From a virus (lineage: Duplodnaviria > Heunggongvirae > Uroviricota > Caudoviricetes): a stretch of DNA of 41,253 bases. The notes beneath the pieces were generated by a model that worked only from the letters and a program-made list of their open reading frames with translations, was not told the DNA's origin and did no database searches. Positions 1-10,602 of this stretch are shown piece by piece; position 1 is the stretch's first letter; each line of letters starts with the position of its first letter. A program made the translations under genes and the position numbers. The stretch lies in IMG/VR virus record IMGVR_UViG_2563366955_000016; one strand, 5' to 3'.

Positions 1-585
1 TTACATTGTGTCTGGTTCTTCCGGCCACTCAATATCAGGTGCAGTTGATGTATCAACACGGTTCAGCAACACCCGATACTTCTTCCAGGCCGCCAGCAAC
101 GAGTTTTCTTCCTCCGTTGCGATCTCCAGATCTACAGCATCCTGAAGCGGCGCTATATGCTCACTGGCTACCTGCATCAGGCTGTTTTTTGTTTCTTCCG
201 CCTCCCGGATCCGGAACAGTTTTTCTGCTTCTGCATCTTTCACCCAGGCTGTGCCGTTCCACTTCTGATATTCCCCTTCCGGTGACAACCAGGTGACATT
301 TTCCGGTAACGGACCGAGTTCAGAAATAAATAACGCGTCGCCGGAAGCCACGTCATAAACCGTTTTACCCCGATGATCTTCAACGAGATGCCACGATGAC
401 TCATCACTGTTGAAAACAGCCACAAAGCCAGCAGGAATATCTGGTGGTGCAATATCGGTACTGTTTGCTGGCAGACCTGTATGAGGCGGAATATATGCGT
501 CACCTTCACCAATAAATTCATTAGTTCCGACCAGCAGATTATAAATTTTTATGGTCCGTGGTTGTTCACTCATTCTGAATGCCAT
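1..585 (-). CDS. tail fiber assembly protein (Tfa-like), 194 aa
   Basis: Complete ORF (stop at 1-3) immediately downstream of the side tail fiber gene with ATGA-type overlap at 585; position and size match lambda-type Tfa. Confidence 0.75.
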   Translation of the reverse strand: MAFRMSEQPRTIKIYNLLVGTNEFIGEGDAYIPPHTGLPANSTDIAPPDIPAGFVAVFNSDESSWHLVEDHRGKTVYDVASGDALFISELGPLPENVTWLSPEGEYQKWNGTAWVKDAEAEKLFRIREAEETKNSLMQVASEHIAPLQDAVDLEIATEEENSLLAAWKKYRVLLNRVDTSTAPDIEWPEEPDTM

Positions 586-3500
586 TATGCAAGCCTCACA
601 ATATAGTTAAATGCGATGTTTTTGACGGTGTTTTCCGCATTACCAGCAGCGTTAACGGTGATGGTGTGTCCATGTGAACCAATCGCAACGGAGTGCGTAT
701 GAGCACCAATACCGACAGTATGCGCGTGTGCACCTGCAGATGCTGCTGTGCCGGACAGTGAGTGGCTATGATTACCATCTGTACTGGTATTAGCTAACCA
801 CCCCGTAGACATACCTACTGAACCTTGTACACCCCAGGTATTTTGACCTGAGCTTGTATAACCATATTGATAAGTATCTTTAAAAACACTGGGGTTAAAT
901 CGACGGCCATCTCTATGGCTGTGATTACCAGCTGCATTCGTGCTGCCACTTAAACTATGAGTATGCGCACCAGTGTTATTCGTGGATTTAGTGCCGTAAT
1001 CAAACGATGATGTGGTTTTCGTACCCAAATCCGTACTGGATACGCTGGCGCTGTGGGTGTGCGATTTAATGCCGTCCTGTTCCTGAGACAATACGGCACG
1101 ACCACTGGCGGGCTTGCCCTTAATCGTCCAGCCACGCATATCAGGGATCACGCCTGACGGATAAGCGGCCGCAAGTTTCGGGTAAGCAGATTTGTCAAAA
1201 GTCTGCCCCTGCATCAGGGCATAACCAGACGGAACGGTATCTGATGGCCACGGGATTGGTGCGCCGACTGGGTAGCTTTCTGGTGGAAGATTTTTCGAGG
1301 TATAAACTTCTGCCCAGTCTTCCTCAAAACCATAACCGTCTCTTGAAGAACGGTAGAACAGACCACCATTTCTGTAATGCGCCTTCATCTGCAAGGTCCG
1401 GCAACTTCCGACTCCGGTATAGAAGTTAACCAGAATATAGCTGTCGCCAGAGCGGGTGACATTATAAGCGCCTGATTCGGCATTCCAGGGAACGCCACCA
1501 TCCGCATCGGCATATGTATCCGTTGCCCTTCTGGCAAAAGCAGCCACATGCGCGGCGGTTAAAGTAATATCTTTGGAACCATCAAACTCAACACCAGAAA
1601 CCCGTCTTGGCGTTTGCAGCTTTGTTGCTGTTAATGCATTACCGTTCAGACTTGCGGACAGTTTGGTTCCAATAACCAGTTCGCCGGTTGCGTTATCAAT
1701 AGCAAACGGTCTTAATGTATTCCAGCCACCATAAACATCACCTTGATTGGTAAGCAGCAGGTAAGTTTTAGCGCCATCATTACGCCATAATGCCCCATAC
1801 TCCCCACCTATCATTCGAATCTGATTACCACCACGCGCTACAATTTCGTCTGTGGCAAAAAGTTTTTTGCACGACAAGTTATCGTTAACGATTAACGAAT
1901 GAGACTCATAAAAACCACGCCCACTCTTAAAATCAAGGATAACGTCCGCCGCGATACATTCAGTCGCCGGATTTGTTGCCCCAAACTTATAGGTCGTATC
2001 ATTAACAACGAGATCAGCACCAGGTGCGGATATTGACAGGCCATCTTCGATAAACGCAAAAACAGGGAAAGCAGCGCCATCAACATAGAACACAGAGCGC
2101 AAATCATCGCCCTTATTACTCATCATTATTGAGTGGATGGCTCGTTCATTGTTTTGATATTGCCAGAACATTCCATAAGCATAACGCCCCCTGTCAGTCC
2201 AGCCACCAGGCATAACAAATCCGTTAAACTCGCAGTTATTCATCGGATCGCCTGCGGTTCGCGTTGCCGTGGTGATAATGACCCTTGATGCCAGTTCGCT
2301 TACTGAGCCAGCAGAACGCATAACAACAACAGGGTAATATTTTCCAGATGTTGCACCTGCAGGAGCGTTAACCCGCACATAACGCATACCACGCTTATCA
2401 GCAAAGTCTGTTTTACTGACCGCGTTAATGTTGTTCAGGAAGCGTCCCTTATCGGGTATATCAGCGCCGTTCTGGTCTTTCTGCAGACGTTTCTCTGCAT
2501 TGTCATAGGCTGATTTTACTGCCTTTGGCGTTGCCGCCAGCGTTTCAGACGTACTGTTGGTCGCACTGCTGAGCTGTACTATCCCCTTTTTCGTCGTACT
2601 TGCATCCTCAAGCGCCACGGCGGATGCAATATCCTCTGCCCGTTTTGCCGCTGTCTCGGCGCGCGTTGCCGCGGATTCTGCCGTACTTTTGCTCTGTGCT
2701 GCCGCCGTCGCACTGCCAGCTGCCTCTGTCGCCTTCGTGGATGCTGTCGTGGCGCTGCCCTTCGCTGCGGACGCTTGTCTGGTCGCCTCATCTTTTGAAG
2801 CAGACGCCGATGATGCCGATGACGCCGCCGAACTGGCGGACGATGCGGCAGCCGTTTTTGAGGATTCTGCGCTGGTTTCCGACGCTTTCGCGTTCGTCTC
2901 GGATGTCTTCGCTGCGGAAGCAGACCTCGCTGCTGCGCTGGCCTGTTCAGTGGCTTCGCCAGCCTTCGTTGTGGCTGTTGAAGCAGACGATGCGGCACTT
3001 TCTGCCGATTTTCCGGCGGCGGTGGCACTGGCTGAGGCCTGCCCGGCACTTGTTGACGCGGCACTGGCAGACGACGCAGCCGCTGTTTTTGAGCCTGCCG
3101 CAGCCGAGGCGCTCTGTCCCGCTGCCGTTTCAGAAGACCTGGCGTTTGTCTCAGACGTCTTTGCCGCCTTCGCGGAATTGCCTGCCGCCGTTGCCGAGGA
3201 AGCGGCACTACTGGCGCTTGATGATGCGTTCGTTTCTGATGATTTCGCTGCCTCTTTTGAGGCCGCCGCATCCCGGGCTGAGGTGGCAGCTTCTGACGCT
3301 TTCGTGGTCGCGGTGGATGCTGAAGTGGCTGCTGATTGTTGTGACGCTGCCGCATTCGTTTCTGACGTTTTTGCCGTAGCGGCACTGGTGGCCGCCGCGC
3401 TTTTTGAGGACTCTGCAGCGGCAGCACTTTTTGATGCTTCAGTGGCTTTTGCTGATGCCGTTCCTGCGCTGGAAGACGCTGACTGAGCCGACGAAGCGGC

Positions 3501-3983
3501 CTGTCCGGCTGACGTGCTGGCTGCGCGTGCTGAGCCTGCAGCATCAGTCGCATGGGTTGCCGCCTCACGGGCAGATGTGCCGGCATCGCCGGCTGACTTC
3601 TTCGCGGCTGCCGTGTTCTGTGCCACTGCGGACGCGTTACGCACCACCTCTTCCACCATCAGTTCAAAACGGCGCAGTGCCTCTGGCCGGACATCATCCT
3701 CCGTCATTGCACCGAGGAAATCATTCAGTGTGCCCGGCTTTGAGTCCTCATATACGGTGATAATCCCGGCGTGTGACGGCGGGAATCCCTCCACCAACAG
3801 ACTGACGCTGTACTGACCATACTCGACGTCCATTGTGTAACGCCCGGCTTCATCCGGGTTTTCTGAGGCCACTGTGTTCACCACCACCGTGGTGCTGTTG
3901 CGCCTGGCCTTTAGCTGAATGGTGCAGTTTTGTATCGGCTTACCTGCGCCATCTTTCAGTACACCTGAAATCCTTACTGCCAT
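585..3983 (-). CDS. side tail fiber protein (Stf-like), 1132 aa
   Basis: N-terminus [28 protein letters not shown] resembles lambdoid Stf; long Ala/Ser/Thr-rich low-complexity central repeats; C-terminal His-rich HxH repeats typical of fiber tips. Confidence 0.85.
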   Translation of the reverse strand: MAVRISGVLKDGAGKPIQNCTIQLKARRNSTTVVVNTVASENPDEAGRYTMDVEYGQYSVSLLVEGFPPSHAGIITVYEDSKPGTLNDFLGAMTEDDVRPEALRRFELMVEEVVRNASAVAQNTAAAKKSAGDAGTSAREAATHATDAAGSARAASTSAGQAASSAQSASSSAGTASAKATEASKSAAAAESSKSAAATSAATAKTSETNAAASQQSAATSASTATTKASEAATSARDAAASKEAAKSSETNASSSASSAASSATAAGNSAKAAKTSETNARSSETAAGQSASAAAGSKTAAASSASAASTSAGQASASATAAGKSAESAASSASTATTKAGEATEQASAAARSASAAKTSETNAKASETSAESSKTAAASSASSAASSASSASASKDEATRQASAAKGSATTASTKATEAAGSATAAAQSKSTAESAATRAETAAKRAEDIASAVALEDASTTKKGIVQLSSATNSTSETLAATPKAVKSAYDNAEKRLQKDQNGADIPDKGRFLNNINAVSKTDFADKRGMRYVRVNAPAGATSGKYYPVVVMRSAGSVSELASRVIITTATRTAGDPMNNCEFNGFVMPGGWTDRGRYAYGMFWQYQNNERAIHSIMMSNKGDDLRSVFYVDGAAFPVFAFIEDGLSISAPGADLVVNDTTYKFGATNPATECIAADVILDFKSGRGFYESHSLIVNDNLSCKKLFATDEIVARGGNQIRMIGGEYGALWRNDGAKTYLLLTNQGDVYGGWNTLRPFAIDNATGELVIGTKLSASLNGNALTATKLQTPRRVSGVEFDGSKDITLTAAHVAAFARRATDTYADADGGVPWNAESGAYNVTRSGDSYILVNFYTGVGSCRTLQMKAHYRNGGLFYRSSRDGYGFEEDWAEVYTSKNLPPESYPVGAPIPWPSDTVPSGYALMQGQTFDKSAYPKLAAAYPSGVIPDMRGWTIKGKPASGRAVLSQEQDGIKSHTHSASVSSTDLGTKTTSSFDYGTKSTNNTGAHTHSLSGSTNAAGNHSHRDGRRFNPSVFKDTYQYGYTSSGQNTWGVQGSVGMSTGWLANTSTDGNHSHSLSGTAASAGAHAHTVGIGAHTHSVAIGSHGHTITVNAAGNAENTVKNIAFNYIVRLA

Positions 3984-3993
3984 ATTCCCCCCA

Positions 3994-4020
3994 CAAAAAA
4001 GCCCGCCTGAACCGGCGGGC
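3994..4020 (-). terminator. Rho-independent terminator downstream of lom
   Basis: Minus strand reads GCCCGCC-GGTTCA-GGCGGGC followed by TTTTTTGTGG. Confidence 0.6.
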
Positions 4021-4047
4021 TGTCATAACACTGTGTTACCTGGCTAA

Positions 4048-4647
4048 TCAGAATTTATAACCGACACCAACGATGAAACTGTTGGTACGCCAGTCACCGC
4101 TGCCGGAGCCTTCATAAGCGACGTCAACGGCCACGGATTCGGTCGGGTTAAACTGCACGCCAGCTCCCCACGCCAGAGACGTGTTGCTGTGGCGACCGTC
4201 ATCACTTCCGGTCAGCACATCGTGCGTTTTCCCCTTGTTGTCAGTTACGCGGATATAATCCCCGGAGAAAGTCGACACACGGCTGTAAGCCATACCCGCC
4301 ATCGCATACGCGCTGAACCATTCATTCACGCGCACAGACGGCCCCGCCATCACGCTGAACCAGCGATTACGCACGGAATCCTCATGCCAGCGGGTATCGC
4401 TGTAATGCGTTTTTTGCTCATCTTCAGCGTTGGCATAACTGAATGACGTAATCAGCCCCAGCGTGTCCGTAAACTCATAACGGTATTTCACGTTAATCCC
4501 GTTCAGATTTTCGCTGCCGGGAGCGTTCGTACGGGCATGAAGATACCCTGCGCTCAGTGTGGCCTGCTGCTCAGACGCCCATGCAGGCGCACCGGATACG
4601 GCCAGACAGATGGCTGCGGACAAAATGGCTGCACAAACTTTACGCAT
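4048..4647 (-). CDS. lom: Lom/Ail/PagC/OmpX-family outer membrane protein, 199 aa
   Basis: Signal peptide MRKVCAAILSAAICLAVSGAPAWA, beta-barrel-like alternating sequence ending GYKF; located between J and stf exactly as lambda lom. Confidence 0.9.
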   Translation of the reverse strand: MRKVCAAILSAAICLAVSGAPAWASEQQATLSAGYLHARTNAPGSENLNGINVKYRYEFTDTLGLITSFSYANAEDEQKTHYSDTRWHEDSVRNRWFSVMAGPSVRVNEWFSAYAMAGMAYSRVSTFSGDYIRVTDNKGKTHDVLTGSDDGRHSNTSLAWGAGVQFNPTESVAVDVAYEGSGSGDWRTNSFIVGVGYKF

Positions 4648-4671
4648 AATTACCTCTCGCTTTTCTGCAAT

Positions 4672-4695
4672 AAAAAAGGCGCCATTTCTGGCGCC
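4672..4695 (-). terminator. Rho-independent terminator downstream of J
   Basis: Minus strand GGCGCCA-GAAA-TGGCGCC followed by TTTTTTA, between J stop (4715) and lom start (4647). Confidence 0.55.
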
Positions 4696-4714
4696 CGTAT
4701 ATGGGTTATAAAAT

Positions 4715-7700
4715 TCAGCTGATACTGATGCCTGCGGTGGCTTTCTTCATCACCACAACCAGCAAATCGCTGATACTTGCTGTGGGATACCAGTCATTTA
4801 CCAGCCATGCTGACACCGAAAACTCCAGCGTCATGTGGCCGTGACCAGCTGGCATATCAATAACACCACTGTAAATCAGCGTATTATCCAGCGCGGTACG
4901 GTTATAAATTTCAGCACCATTTTTCTTCACTATCAGGCGGCATGACGAATAAATATCGTTATTCTCCCGCTCATGTTTAGCGCCGCAGAATGCCACCGCC
5001 GGAATAACAATTTGCCTGTCAAAAGGCTGATCGTCATAAATCCTGACGGTAATGGTCCCTGATGGCCACCGCTCCGGTGCCCGGGAGTCCCGCGGGAAAG
5101 CCTTACCCACTGTTTTGACAATATCGCCTTCAATCTGGTTGGCTGACAGTTTCCCTTTAATCTGACAGTTCTCATTTATCGTAACGTTGTTGAGCGTCCC
5201 GGAGTTCGCATTCACACTGCCACTGATATCTGCATTTTTAGCGGTCAGCTTTCCGTCCGGTGTCAGGGAAAATGCAGGAGGATTACCGCCGCTGGTAATG
5301 GTGGGAGCCGTCAGATATTTCAGGAACACTTCATTCATGAATATCTGATCACCCTGACCAACAAACATCGGTTTTGTGTTGCCATTTGCAGGATTAATCA
5401 TCGCAATCCTGTCTGCCGCCAGCAGCACCTGACTCTGCATGCCGTCGGGGGTGTTCTCAATACCGGCACCGATACCCGCGATATAAAGGCGTCCGTCCTG
5501 CATCTGCTGCAGCTTCACAGCCCACATGCTGTTCAGATTATTATTTGTATCAACCTGAACCTTCTGTATCTGCTGGATCGCTGCACTCTGGTCTTCCAGT
5601 TTCTTATTGACGGTCTGTGTGATTTCATTGCTGACATCCGTAATGGATGTCCTGATTTCAGCCAGGTCAGGCGCAAGCTGACCGTTATCAATCTGCGTCC
5701 ACAGCTCCTGAGCCAGATGGGTTTTCCCTATCTCGCCTTTGAAAAAATCCAGATAGCCGGATGCGTCATCACTCGGCTGACCAACAGCCTCCACGAATGC
5801 CGATTTGCCAACGGTGTTCACACTGCGAACGTAAAAATAATAATTATGGCCCGGCCTGATATTGATACTGGCGGCTATCCAGTACAGCGCCGTGCCAAGA
5901 TAGCGTGCTGTGGTTTCAACCTGCCTGATATCCGCAATCCGCTTTTCCGAGAACCAGAACTCAAACTGTACCGTCGGATCATAAACCGCAAGATGCGGCG
6001 TGGCGGTTATCTGAAAATAGCCCGGCGTCAGCTCAATCCGCGACGGCGCTGCCGGGGCGGCAATCCGGAACGATACCGACGCCGGATCGCCCTGCTGTCC
6101 CCGGGCATTTACCGCCCGGACCGTCAGCGTGTAACGCCCCAGCGCCAGTTGCCTGAAGCGGTAAGTGGTTTCCGTCGTCCGGGCCGTGCTGACCAGCCGC
6201 TCACTGCCGTCATCGGCGGCCACGGTCAGGCGAAGCATAAAGCTCACGCCCTTCACCACCTTCGGCGTATCCCAGCGCGCCAGCACCTGGTATTCCCCGC
6301 TGTCTGCGGTGACTTCGGCGGTCAGGTGCTGCACCGCTGGCGGCGTGACACCATTCACCGTGCCGCTCTGGTCGCCGTCAAAGTGCGCCCCGTTATCCAC
6401 GATGGCTTCTTTTTCCGGTACATGCTGCACGGCGGTGATGGCATACGTGCCGTCGTCGTTCTCACGGATACTCACGCAGCGGAACAGGCGCTGGCGCAGC
6501 GTCGGCAGCTTCAGCCCCCATACGCTGTATCCGGCAACGCCGTCAGGAACACGGCTCACTTTTACCTTCACGCCGTCGGTGACGGACTGGACCTCCACGC
6601 TGACCGGATTGCCACTTCCGTCAACCAGGCTTATCAGCGTGGTACCGGAGGATGGCAGCGTGATTTCACGGTCGAGCGTCAGCGTCCGGGTCTGGCTGTT
6701 CACCGCCAGCACGCGCCCGCCGGTGCTGATCCCCGCATAGTCATCATCGCAGATTTCAATGACATCGCCCGGCACATGGCGAAGCCCTTCCGCACCCACG
6801 CTGAAGTCCACGGTCTGCGTTTCCAGTAGTTCCGTTTTAATCAGCCACAGCCCGGCGCGGTGCGCCTGCCCCCGGCTGGTACAGCCAAAGGCATCCATCT
6901 TCGTGACGTTACGACCGTAACGGAGAATGGCCTGCGTATCTTCAACAAGCTCTGTCGCCGTCTCCCAGCCGTTATCCGGGTCAATCCAGTTCACCTCAAC
7001 GGCATTATGACGGTCCTTCAGGGCACTGAAGCTGTAGCGGAACGGCGCGCCATCATCCGGCATCACCACATTACTGCGGTTATAGGTCCACACCTTATCC
7101 GACGGTCGGTCCTGCACGAACGTCAGCGTCTGCCCGTTCCATACCGGCATACAGCGCATCGCCGAGCAGAAATCACTGAGAACATCCCACGCCTTGCGCT
7201 GTGTGGTCAGGTAGGCATTACAGGTGATGCGCGGCTCCGTGCCACCAAAGCCATCCGGCACCGACTGGTCGCAATTCTGGCCGATGACATACAGCGCCCA
7301 TTTGTCCACATCCGCCGCACCGAGACGCTTCCCCATGCCGTAGCGCGGATGGGTCAGCATATCCCACAGACACCAGGCCATGTTGTTGCTGTATGCTGGC
7401 TTAAACGTTCCGTCCCAGATACCGCTGTATTGCCGCGTCTGCGGGTTATAGTTCGACGGCACCTGCAGAATGCGCCCGCGAAGATGATAATTACGGCTCA
7501 CCTGCTGGCTGCCGAACTGTTCCGAGTCCACCTGCACGCCGACCAGTGCCGTGTTCGGGTAGCACTGTTTCACATCGATGATTTCGGTGTATGACGACCA
7601 GAGCGTTTTGTTCTGCAGCTGGTCTGTGGTGCTGTCCGGCGTCATTCTGCGCATCCGGATATTAAACGGGCGCGGCGGCAGGTTATCCACCACCACCGAG

Positions 7701-8194
7701 GCCAGATACTGCGAGGTGGTTTTGCCCTTAATGGTGATGTCTTTTTCCGTCACCCAGCCACCATTACGCTGTATCTGAACCAGCAGGCGAACTTCCGACG
7801 GATTCCGGTCCCCCTTTGAGGTGGTTTCCACCAGTGCCTGCACACCGAAGGTAAAGCGCAGTCGGTCGATGTTTGCCGACGTGATGGCGCGGGTGATCGG
7901 CGTGTCGTATTTCACTTCCGTACCCAACACCGTCTCGGAGCCGGAGGATTCAAATCCCTCCGGCGGAGTCTGCTCCTGCTCACCAGCCCGGAACACCACC
8001 GTGACACCGGCGATGTTGGTATTCCCATCACTGTCCAGCACTGGCGTACTGTTCAGCAGCACACTTTTTAATCCGTCCACCGGACCTTCAATCGGCCCTT
8101 CGCTGATGGCATCAATCACACTCAGCAACTGCGTGGACTTCAGGTTGTCCTTCGCTTCGCGCGGGGTATGCCCCTTACTGCTGCCTTTACCCAT
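4715..8194 (-). CDS. J: host specificity / central tail fiber protein J, 1159 aa
   Basis: Size, position after I, fibronectin-like central region and lambda-J-like N-terminus. Confidence 0.92.
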   Translation of the reverse strand: MGKGSSKGHTPREAKDNLKSTQLLSVIDAISEGPIEGPVDGLKSVLLNSTPVLDSDGNTNIAGVTVVFRAGEQEQTPPEGFESSGSETVLGTEVKYDTPITRAITSANIDRLRFTFGVQALVETTSKGDRNPSEVRLLVQIQRNGGWVTEKDITIKGKTTSQYLASVVVDNLPPRPFNIRMRRMTPDSTTDQLQNKTLWSSYTEIIDVKQCYPNTALVGVQVDSEQFGSQQVSRNYHLRGRILQVPSNYNPQTRQYSGIWDGTFKPAYSNNMAWCLWDMLTHPRYGMGKRLGAADVDKWALYVIGQNCDQSVPDGFGGTEPRITCNAYLTTQRKAWDVLSDFCSAMRCMPVWNGQTLTFVQDRPSDKVWTYNRSNVVMPDDGAPFRYSFSALKDRHNAVEVNWIDPDNGWETATELVEDTQAILRYGRNVTKMDAFGCTSRGQAHRAGLWLIKTELLETQTVDFSVGAEGLRHVPGDVIEICDDDYAGISTGGRVLAVNSQTRTLTLDREITLPSSGTTLISLVDGSGNPVSVEVQSVTDGVKVKVSRVPDGVAGYSVWGLKLPTLRQRLFRCVSIRENDDGTYAITAVQHVPEKEAIVDNGAHFDGDQSGTVNGVTPPAVQHLTAEVTADSGEYQVLARWDTPKVVKGVSFMLRLTVAADDGSERLVSTARTTETTYRFRQLALGRYTLTVRAVNARGQQGDPASVSFRIAAPAAPSRIELTPGYFQITATPHLAVYDPTVQFEFWFSEKRIADIRQVETTARYLGTALYWIAASINIRPGHNYYFYVRSVNTVGKSAFVEAVGQPSDDASGYLDFFKGEIGKTHLAQELWTQIDNGQLAPDLAEIRTSITDVSNEITQTVNKKLEDQSAAIQQIQKVQVDTNNNLNSMWAVKLQQMQDGRLYIAGIGAGIENTPDGMQSQVLLAADRIAMINPANGNTKPMFVGQGDQIFMNEVFLKYLTAPTITSGGNPPAFSLTPDGKLTAKNADISGSVNANSGTLNNVTINENCQIKGKLSANQIEGDIVKTVGKAFPRDSRAPERWPSGTITVRIYDDQPFDRQIVIPAVAFCGAKHERENNDIYSSCRLIVKKNGAEIYNRTALDNTLIYSGVIDMPAGHGHMTLEFSVSAWLVNDWYPTASISDLLVVVMKKATAGISIS

Positions 8195-8254
8195 TCCTCA
8201 CGCTCCATAAACGACAAAACCGCCCGGAGGCGGTTTCACATAAAACATTTTGCA

Positions 8255-8902
8255 TCAGCGACCAATCACCACAACCTGACCACCATCACCTTCATCTGCC
8301 GTGCTGATCTCCTGAGATACCACCCGCGACCCCACACGCATTTCACCGTACAGAACGGGCAGAACATTGCCCTGGGCAACCATGTTATCCAGTGACGAGA
8401 AATACGTGTTCTGTTTGCCGTTATCTGTACTGGCTGCCGTGGGCGTCCTGGCTTTCGGTGCCAGCATCTGCGCCACACCACCCAGGATCATACTGGCCCC
8501 TGCTGCATACATACCCGATACAGCCGCGGCCCCCAGCCAGCCCACAGGGTTCCACCATGCCACCGCAATCAGCGCCGCACCCAGCACCGCCTGAAACACA
8601 CCGCCACTTTTGGCCCCCTCCAGACGCGGAACGATGTGGATCACGGCACCATTTGCCAGCGGCTCATTAAGACGGGCAGACAATTCGGTTTCACCTGCAT
8701 CACGCCCGGCAATCCGTACCTGATACCAGCCGTCACTCAGTTTCTGACGAAACGCCGGGATCTGCATGGCCAGCGCCCGGATGGCTTCGGCCCCCGTTTT
8801 CACACGAAGGTCGATACGGCGACCAAATCGTTGTAAATTCCCGTAAAGGCAGATGCGTGCCATGCCCGGTGACGCCAGAGGGAGTGTGTGCGTCGCTGCC
8901 AT
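8255..8902 (-). CDS. I: tail assembly protein I, 215 aa
   Basis: MAATHTLPLASPGMARICLYG start and C-terminal NGKQNTYFSSLDNMVAQGNVLPVLYGEMRVGSRVVSQEISTADEGDGGQVVVIGR are lambda gpI-like. Confidence 0.85.
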   Translation of the reverse strand: MAATHTLPLASPGMARICLYGNLQRFGRRIDLRVKTGAEAIRALAMQIPAFRQKLSDGWYQVRIAGRDAGETELSARLNEPLANGAVIHIVPRLEGAKSGGVFQAVLGAALIAVAWWNPVGWLGAAAVSGMYAAGASMILGGVAQMLAPKARTPTAASTDNGKQNTYFSSLDNMVAQGNVLPVLYGEMRVGSRVVSQEISTADEGDGGQVVVIGR

Positions 8903-9543
8903 TTGTCGGTATACCTCTCTCGTTTGCTCAGTTGTTCAGGAATATGGTGCAGCAGCTCGCCGTCGCCGCAGTAAATGGCGGCATGATTCGGCACCGATGA
9001 ACCAAAACAGCACAGCAGCACATCGCCCGGCTGCGCCTCTGTCAGTGCGACACGGTAAAAACCAGTCGCCTCCATATTGTCAAGATAGAGATTCTGGCCG
9101 TTACGCCACCAGTCATCCCCGCGATAAAAATCCGGCATCTCAATTTCCGCCAGATGGTATGCATCCCGGAACAGCGTGTAACAGTCCGTCACCCCGTGCT
9201 CAAAGCGCCGCCCGGTAAGATGTGGCACACAGCGGAACTTGTGAATCGCCCCCCGGCAGACCAGCCACCACGGCAAATCACTCTGCACCTGCAGCCGCCT
9301 GTCGACCTCACTCAGCCAGGGCAGACCACCGGGGTGGCTGTGGACCAGTGCCACAACCTCCCCCTGCATTTGTGCACGCAGCCAGTCCTCCGGCGACATC
9401 CGGAAATACGCCTCCGGCTCACCGGAGATATTCACGCAGGAAAAATATCTGTCCCCCTCCGGCGTTCTCACCACGAAGCCGCACGACTCCGCTGGCGCAC
9501 ATCGCCGGGCGTGCGCCAGAATCGCTGATTCTGTCTCTGTCAT
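8800..9543 (-). CDS. K: tail assembly protein K (MPN/JAB + NlpC/P60 domains)
   Basis: Track ORF is 8800..9618; I shortened the start to the internal Met (MTETESAILAHARRCAP), which matches the lambda K N-terminus; HSHP metalloprotease motif and Cys/His NlpC/P60 region. Confidence 0.85.
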   Translation of the reverse strand: MTETESAILAHARRCAPAESCGFVVRTPEGDRYFSCVNISGEPEAYFRMSPEDWLRAQMQGEVVALVHSHPGGLPWLSEVDRRLQVQSDLPWWLVCRGAIHKFRCVPHLTGRRFEHGVTDCYTLFRDAYHLAEIEMPDFYRGDDWWRNGQNLYLDNMEATGFYRVALTEAQPGDVLLCCFGSSVPNHAAIYCGDGELLHHIPEQLSKRERYTDKWQRRTHSLWRHRAWHASAFTGIYNDLVAVSTFV

Positions 9544-9547
9544 GGGT

Positions 9548-10246
9548 TTACTGCGAAAGTTTGTTAATGGAAAGGTAGCCGCCAAAATTGCCGACGTTAT
9601 TGCGGAACTTGCAACCACTCAGGCATTTGCTGCATTTATCCTTCGTGATATCGGACGTTGGCTGGTCATATTCATCCGCGACCGCCGGGCCATCATAACC
9701 GCACTCATCGCCGCGGTAGATCCAGGTGCAGGTGTTGGCCAGCATGATGCGCCCCGGAAAAACAGCACCGTCCGTTTCCGTCGGTGTGGACAGCACAAAA
9801 GAGGCACTGACCGCGCTCAGTTCGCTGCACTGTTCGATGCGCCAGCGGCTGATCACCTCCTGCTCCGGATCGGCGTCACTGTTTCCGTTGACGAAGTTCA
9901 CCGCATCCAGAAAACGGGCGTAAACCTTACGCCGGACCACCGTTCCGCCGACCAGACTCTGCAGATCTTCCGCCATCCCGGTGACCATGCCGTACAGATT
10001 AGAGACTTTAAGCGTTGGCCTTGCACTGGCTCCTTTGCCGTTCATCTCAAATCCGCTTCCCTGAATGGGATAAGCCTGATACTGCCGCCCCTGCCAGGTG
10101 ACTGGTTCACCTTTTTCGTTCTGCTCATTACAGAAGAAATAACGATCTCCGCCGACCTCTGTCAGATCAATTTCCCAGAGCACGACCAGCGCGGATTGCT
10201 CCGTTTTAGTGCACTCATTGAGTGTTTCCTGCTGTATATCCTGCAT
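9548..10246 (-). CDS. L: minor tail protein L, 232 aa
   Basis: Position between M and K, lambda L-like sequence with C-terminal Cys cluster. Confidence 0.85.
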   Translation of the reverse strand: MQDIQQETLNECTKTEQSALVVLWEIDLTEVGGDRYFFCNEQNEKGEPVTWQGRQYQAYPIQGSGFEMNGKGASARPTLKVSNLYGMVTGMAEDLQSLVGGTVVRRKVYARFLDAVNFVNGNSDADPEQEVISRWRIEQCSELSAVSASFVLSTPTETDGAVFPGRIMLANTCTWIYRGDECGYDGPAVADEYDQPTSDITKDKCSKCLSGCKFRNNVGNFGGYLSINKLSQ

Positions 10247-10602
10247 CAGTGAGTGACCTCTTCAAAGGTACAGTTAAAATCGGTATACATGGTATTATCC
10301 GAAATGCTCCACTCCCTGCAGACAACCCGGACAGTCCTGTTGTGTTTTGGCGGACGCCACAAAAAAGCACGAATCCCGGCATGACGGGATAAAAAACTGT
10401 CCAGCGCGGCACGGGAATATTCATCTGTGACACGAAATACCGGTTTAAACGTTTTCAGATCCGCATTCAGACCACCAGCCCGTCGCTGTTCATATCCGTC
10501 ACCAAACTTTACCGTAATAACTGATGGCTTTCGTGTCGTCTCCATCCCCTCACGGGGGATCCAGTTAAAAACTTCAGGCTCAGGCACTGTACAATCCTCC
10601 AT
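10246..10602 (-). CDS. M: minor tail protein M
   Basis: KFGDGYEQRRAGGLNADLKTF motif similar to lambda M; start chosen at an internal Met, true start uncertain (10545-10632). Confidence 0.75.
   Translation of the reverse strand: MEDCTVPEPEVFNWIPREGMETTRKPSVITVKFGDGYEQRRAGGLNADLKTFKPVFRVTDEYSRAALDSFLSRHAGIRAFLWRPPKHNRTVRVVCREWSISDNTMYTDFNCTFEEVTH

Noticed and set aside
2557-3760. Several long overlapping ORFs on both strands inside the side tail fiber gene (for example 2557..3486 +, 2579..3586 -, 2600..3379 +)
   Set aside because: They arise from GC-rich Ala/Ser/Thr repeat DNA that is open in several frames; their products are low-complexity (poly-Arg/Pro/Gln or poly-Ala) and the stf frame is the only one with recognisable N- and C-terminal domains
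5717-7594. Long plus-strand ORFs (370 aa, 244 aa, 191 aa) antisense to gene J
   Set aside because: Antisense to a clearly coding gene, Arg-rich composition typical of the reverse frame of GC-rich coding DNA, no RBS or known motif
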